Below are positions 59,236 to 64,000 of a stretch of DNA of 64,000 nucleotides, one piece after another. Source of the stretch: Auanema rhodensis (Eukaryota; Animalia; Nematoda); contig OZ059899.1 in NCBI GenBank assembly GCA_964057225.1, positions 12,152,001-12,216,000 of the forward strand. The letters are read 5' to 3'. The notes beneath the pieces were generated by a model that saw only the letters and a list, made by a program, of their open reading frames with translations, was not told the DNA's origin and made no database searches. The position numbers were made by a program, and so were the translations under genes. How positions within the stretch are numbered: position 1 is the stretch's first letter; each line of letters opens with the position of its first letter.

Positions 59236-61422
59236 ATGGCTAATATTACAAATTTGAACAAACCCAAAGGTTAGCCTTTGATTTAATTTTTCTTGGGCAT
59301 AGTTTCTTATTTTTAGACGCATTCGAGCAGCTTGAAGACGAAGAGGGCTCACGTCAAGGTTTCTGCCACATTAGAATTCAACAACGTACCGGAAGAAAGA
59401 CTATTACTACAGTCCAAGGTGTTGGTACTGAGTACGATCTCAAGAAAATCGTTAGATATTTAAAGAAGGTATGAGTAATTTTTTTGAATTTTTTAAAAAT
59501 GGCCTGAGTTATTTCCCTGTACTGGTGGCTGTATGTGTCTCATTATGCCTCCTGTTGCAGTGAGATGGCGTTTCTGTTGTGGACCCTTCTTGCTACATTC
59601 CGTTTAATATCGGTGGTCTTGGTGCAATCATGGTTTGTACCTGACGAAGTCTACCAATCGAGCGAAGTTGCCCATCATCTTATATTTGGGAAAGGCCATT
59701 TGTCATGGGAATGGCATCACGCTCTTCGTTCGTTCATTCATCCTGGAGTTTTATCTCTGTTATTCAAGTTACTTGAACTTGTTGGATGGGACTCGCAAGT
59801 TACACTTGTTAATGCACCCCGTATTTTCCATGCTTTACTATTTTCTTTTGCTGATATCTCATTTTATTCGCTTTGTAAGAGATTATCAACCACCTCTAAA
59901 GAAGCTTGGTACTCTTTTCTTACCTATATTTCTTGTTGGTTCATCTTTTATTGTGCCCCCAGAACTTTATCTAATTCTTTAGAAACTGCTTTAACATTAA
60001 TAGCTTTGAATTGGTTTCCCTTTGAAGGTAGTCGTTATCGAGGGTCCGTATATCCTTATATTTTACTTGGTAGCATAACTATAGTCATTAGACCAACAGC
60101 AGCTCTTATTTGGCTCGTTCTGGGTATATATCACTTGTTCACTTCTTCTAATCCTATTGGTCTTCTTCTCGCTGTAGTTTTACCCACCACTGTTCCAGTT
60201 ATTGCAGGTGCATTTCTGCTAGATTCTTTCTCTTATGGTCACCCAACCTTTTCTCTTTGGAACTTTTTGTGTTTTAATGTTTTTGAAGGAGGTAGTGCTC
60301 ACTTTGGAGTTCATCCCTGGCACTGGTATTTCACCCAAGGAATTCCATCAGTTTTCACCATCCAACTTCTTCCCATTATTTTAGGTTACCACTATTCAAG
60401 ATCCGTCACTCGTTTACCATTCTATGTTGCAGCGTTTTATGTTCTTTTCCATTCAATACTCCCTCATAAGGAACAACGATTCCTTCTACCAATTCTACCT
60501 TTCTGTTGTCTCTATGCTGGGTCCTTCTTTAGCTCCCGTTCATATCAACGTTTGCGTAAATTTTTGTTTTGGTTCATGCTGTTGTCGAATATTATCATAG
60601 CCCTCTACACGGGACTTCGTCATCAAATTGGCCCTTTTACTGCCTCTGGTTCGATTATTCAGAAGTTAAAAGTTGACCAACAGACTAATTTACTTGTTCT
60701 TATGCCTTGCTATTCGATTCCTGGTCACAGTTTCTTCCATAACTATGCAGGAGAGATTCGTCAGCTCGATTGTTCCCCTGATTTGAATGGGGTCGGAGGT
60801 CTAGATGAAGCCGATCTATTCTATTCGGATCCTGAAATGTGGCTTGATAAAAACCCTCCATCGAACTATTCTCATATACTTTTGTATGAAAAATTGTATA
60901 AAACATTGGATTATGTTCTCAATAGATTGCATTATACTGTTTGTGATCGCATTTTCCATTCTGATTTCTTAACATCTTCTCGTCAAGACCATTATATGAT
61001 TGTATTATGTAAAAGTTGAATTCTTCTACCTCTTCTTCTTAGTTTCCTGTGTGTTGTTCTAATGTTAAATTTCGTGAAAGTGAATATGTTAGTCAGAGAT
61101 ACATTACCTTTTTCTAATGTCCTTGGTGACTTCACATATACATCTTTAACCCTTAACAATCAAAGAAAAATGACTTGTACGAAAACCAATATAACCTTCG
61201 TTCAATACCTTTCATTTTAATTTTTTAGGAATACAGTTGTAACGGAACTGTTGTTGTTAATCCTGAATATGGAGAGGTTATGCAGTTCACTGGAGACCAA
61301 AGGCAACAAATCAAGGATTTCCTTGTAAAGGTTTTCAATATTTCAATCTGACATCATCTTACAATAATTTTTTACAGGTCGGAATTGTGAAAGAGGATAA
61401 CTGTAAAGTTCACGGTTTCTAA
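59236..61422 (+). CDS. eif-1: Eukaryotic translation initiation factor 1 (SUI1), 110 aa; exons 59236-59269, 59317-59468, 61229-61330, 61378-61422
   Basis: MANITNLNKPK|DAFEQLEDEEGSRQGFCHIRIQQRTGRKTITTVQGVGTEYDLKKIVRYLKK|EYSCNGTVVVNPEYGEVMQFTGDQRQQIKDFLVK|VGIVKEDNCKVHGF*. A TTTCAG trans-splice-like acceptor ends at 59212. The gene is absent from the ORF track because its exons are short. Confidence 0.96.
59565..61019 (+). CDS. PIGB: GPI mannosyltransferase 3 (PIG-B/Gpi10, GT22), single exon, nested in eIF1 intron 2
   Basis: 484-aa polytopic ORF with WFVPDEVYQSSEVAH, SWEW...LRS, RTLSNSLET, IRPT, FGVHPWHWYFTQG, HKEQRFLLP, LMPCYSIP and LDCSP...DEADLFY. The first true ATG is 59565; the track's 59535 start is a GTG. 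Confidence 0.93.
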   Translation: MAFLLWTLLATFRLISVVLVQSWFVPDEVYQSSEVAHHLIFGKGHLSWEWHHALRSFIHPGVLSLLFKLLELVGWDSQVTLVNAPRIFHALLFSFADISFYSLCKRLSTTSKEAWYSFLTYISCWFIFYCAPRTLSNSLETALTLIALNWFPFEGSRYRGSVYPYILLGSITIVIRPTAALIWLVLGIYHLFTSSNPIGLLLAVVLPTTVPVIAGAFLLDSFSYGHPTFSLWNFLCFNVFEGGSAHFGVHPWHWYFTQGIPSVFTIQLLPIILGYHYSRSVTRLPFYVAAFYVLFHSILPHKEQRFLLPILPFCCLYAGSFFSSRSYQRLRKFLFWFMLLSNIIIALYTGLRHQIGPFTASGSIIQKLKVDQQTNLLVLMPCYSIPGHSFFHNYAGEIRQLDCSPDLNGVGGLDEADLFYSDPEMWLDKNPPSNYSHILLYEKLYKTLDYVLNRLHYTVCDRIFHSDFLTSSRQDHYMIVLCKS

Positions 61423-63712
61423 GCTTTTCACTGTTATTTTGTTTCGTTTTTTCTTGCTTTTTTTCCATCTATTGTATCTTTCGCAGTAGTTTTTATTGGT
61501 TCTTTCTTACCTATTTGGGCTGAACCTATGTGGGATAGCCTTCTCTCAGACCTTTTTCTATTATAATGTAATGTGTTTGGGCTAAAGGATAAATCTCGAC
61601 TTGTTTGTTTTTGATCATACACTTGTATTAATGATGTGCGATTTTGAATGAAGAAAAAAAAAGAATTCCGGAATTTCTTTACCAACTTAAGACGCATAAT
61701 ACCGAGACACTTGAAAGGGGCGTGGTACTATTGCTTGGGGGCCTCCTCCTTCCTCGTACAAACATACGCCAGTCATATCCTACCCGCACTTATTTTCAAA
61801 TACCTTCCTTATACAGATTGATACTGCTTCTGATGCAGTAACGACTTAGTAGAATGTGAGTGTTTTTCTCCTTTTCTAGCTTCTCATATGGACTTTCCCC
61901 ATATGTTTACTGAACTGTGAACTATACTAGTTGGGAAATCTTTGAAAAACTAGCTGCTTCATCTATAGAATTGTTGCAAAAAACGTTTAGTAACGTAGAA
62001 GCAACAAACCTTTCATTCAGTTTGTTAGTATTCGTTGAACTTTTATAATTAATTCAAAAAAATCTTCAATTAAACATATGCATTTTCTCAGAAATTTAAA
62101 TTTCTCCTGCTTCATCTGTGTGGACATGACTCATCTTACAAGTATAAGGAGAACATCCTCCAGGAGACGAAGGAAATTTGAAACAAATCTAAAGGTATGC
62201 ATCTCGTTATCTTCTTCACTTCCTTAAATGTTCTAAATCAGACGTTTCTCCCCATTCCTCCCCTATCAATTCAAATGAAATCACCGTCAAAGTACAGTTT
62301 TCCATCAATCTTATTGTCCATCCTGAAACGATTTGAACCAAATAGAAGACGTTCGTTCGTTCTCAAAAGGAAGGAATTTTAAATTAGACTCATAAACCTG
62401 AGTTAGGTCTTCTTTCGAGATTATTCATTAACACATCAAAAAGATTCCGCTGCTGGTTTTCTGAACCGAGTTACACCACTTGCATGATTCTTCTCCGATA
62501 AATACTTTTTTTCACAAAGAATATACTCATCAACAAGCTTCGAATAAGGTTCAAAAACACTATTTCGTCATCATTCTCAACAGAAAAGATAAATATAGTC
62601 GCTTTGGTATATGAAATTGACTATAAATCATACGATTTTATTGTCCTCTGCGCCCACCTTCTTGTTTTATTCGTCCATTTTGTCCACAAATGGTAATCAA
62701 ATTTCAGTATTTCTTAGCATCAATATGTGATCTAGAACTCTTTATGTCAAATTCTCAATTGGGAATTCGATATCCTAAAGCACCAGGTAAGCAGCGACCA
62801 TTTCCCATATGATCTCACCTCCATATATGAATCCAGAAGTATTTGAATTACTGGAAAAACTTGAAAAGTCCAAGTTATCAGCACATGACCTAATACATGT
62901 TCACCCAAATGCCATATTATCCGTCCTAAAGGTGATCTTCGACAGCTAGCTATAGCATCATGTTTATTTATTCAAAATTTAGGAAATAGTGAGTATCATT
63001 TCTCCCGTATTTAACCATGAAGAATTTGTTTGCATCTCCGAAAACATGTCAGAAGAATTATTATGCGTCTATCTTAAAGGGTATAACAAAAAACTCTGTA
63101 TATCCCCCTTATTCTAACTTTATTGTTATAGATTAATGGATTGCTTATCGTACGAACATAACATCACCCTTCAGCTTGTTTGTCAATCCCTTTCAAAATT
63201 AATCAAAATGTCTAAACCTAAGATGACCTCACTTACAGGTAACATGCAGGCAATTAATACTTGAAGCATGCTTCGTTTATTTAGATGTACTGATAACCTT
63301 TACACCCTTGTTCTTTCCCCAGTGTCGGACAACCAAGTCATTCCTTTGTGCAACTAGAGCTTTGCTATTGATGATTGAAAAACCAGAAATTATTTTTGAA
63401 GATCACCTTATTGAGAAGGGAGATTTCGAAAACTTCCTAGGTTTTGTTATTTTTAAGAAATGAAATCAAATACTTCGCATCAGATCTAATTGAATCTATG
63501 GAAAACGACGAAGAATATGACAGTGGAAATGAAACTTCATCGACACCTGATGAAATGGAAGAGATTACACACACTAACCTCCAAGATTCTTCCCCATTTT
63601 ATGTGATTACGTTTGATATATAATTGAAATAAACAATTTTAATAAACAGTCCTTCATTCACTTACGTTAACAAAAAACAAAATGAACGAGAACATATTAA
63701 CATATAACCACC

Positions 63713-64000
63713 TCAATACTTCTTAACGGCTTTCTGGTCATCAACAACAACATTGGGGAGAGCAATCTCCTGAAAAAGATAAAATAATTATAACAAAACG
63801 TTTGAAAAATACTTACCATCTTGTCAATCATAGCCTTGGTGGTTGGGTCAACCTTAAGGATTCCGATTTGAGAAGGATCAACAATAGAGATTTCTGGCAT
63901 GTAGTTATCTCTTCTCTCACGCTCCTCTTCTTGAAGCTTGATGGAGATACCGCGGACTGGTCCTTGCTCAATTCTCTTCATAAGATGAGTGATGTATCTG
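63713..64000 (-). CDS. rps-17: 40S ribosomal protein S17 (3' part; gene continues beyond the window)
   Basis: [35 protein letters not shown]...; intron 63816-63770; last exon [18 protein letters not shown] with stop at 63713-63715. Confidence 0.95.

Noticed and set aside
59535-59564. ORF-track N-terminus MSHYASCCSE for PIG-B
   Set aside because: It starts at a GTG upstream of the splice acceptor at 59560; the real start is most likely ATG 59565.

Overview
AT-rich eukaryotic genomic DNA, most likely from a rhabditid nematode. It has many 40-60 nt introns, TTTCAG-like outron acceptors just before start codons, and proteins closest to C. elegans homologs. Genes I could splice by hand: CTDSPL2/scpl-3 (-), cdc-6 and NIP7 (+, operon-like spacing), NompC/trp-4 (-), an ENL/AF9 YEATS gene (-), an 86-aa 44%-His microprotein (-), pept-3-like peptide transporter (+), a Tc1-like HTH ORF (+), Islet/lim-7 (-), tRNA-Ser(TGA) (-), eIF1 (+) and the 3' part of rps-17 (-). 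The most striking structure is an intronless PIG-B ORF lying on the same strand inside eIF1 intron 2. An alternative acceptor at 59560 would join eIF1 codon 62 directly to TGA-G-ATG(PIG-B). No other AUG lies between the poor-context eIF1 AUG and the strong-context PIG-B AUG. This suggests a bicistronic mRNA in which eIF1-controlled start-codon stringency switches on a GPI-anchor enzyme. Exon boundaries were read manually; no database searches were run.
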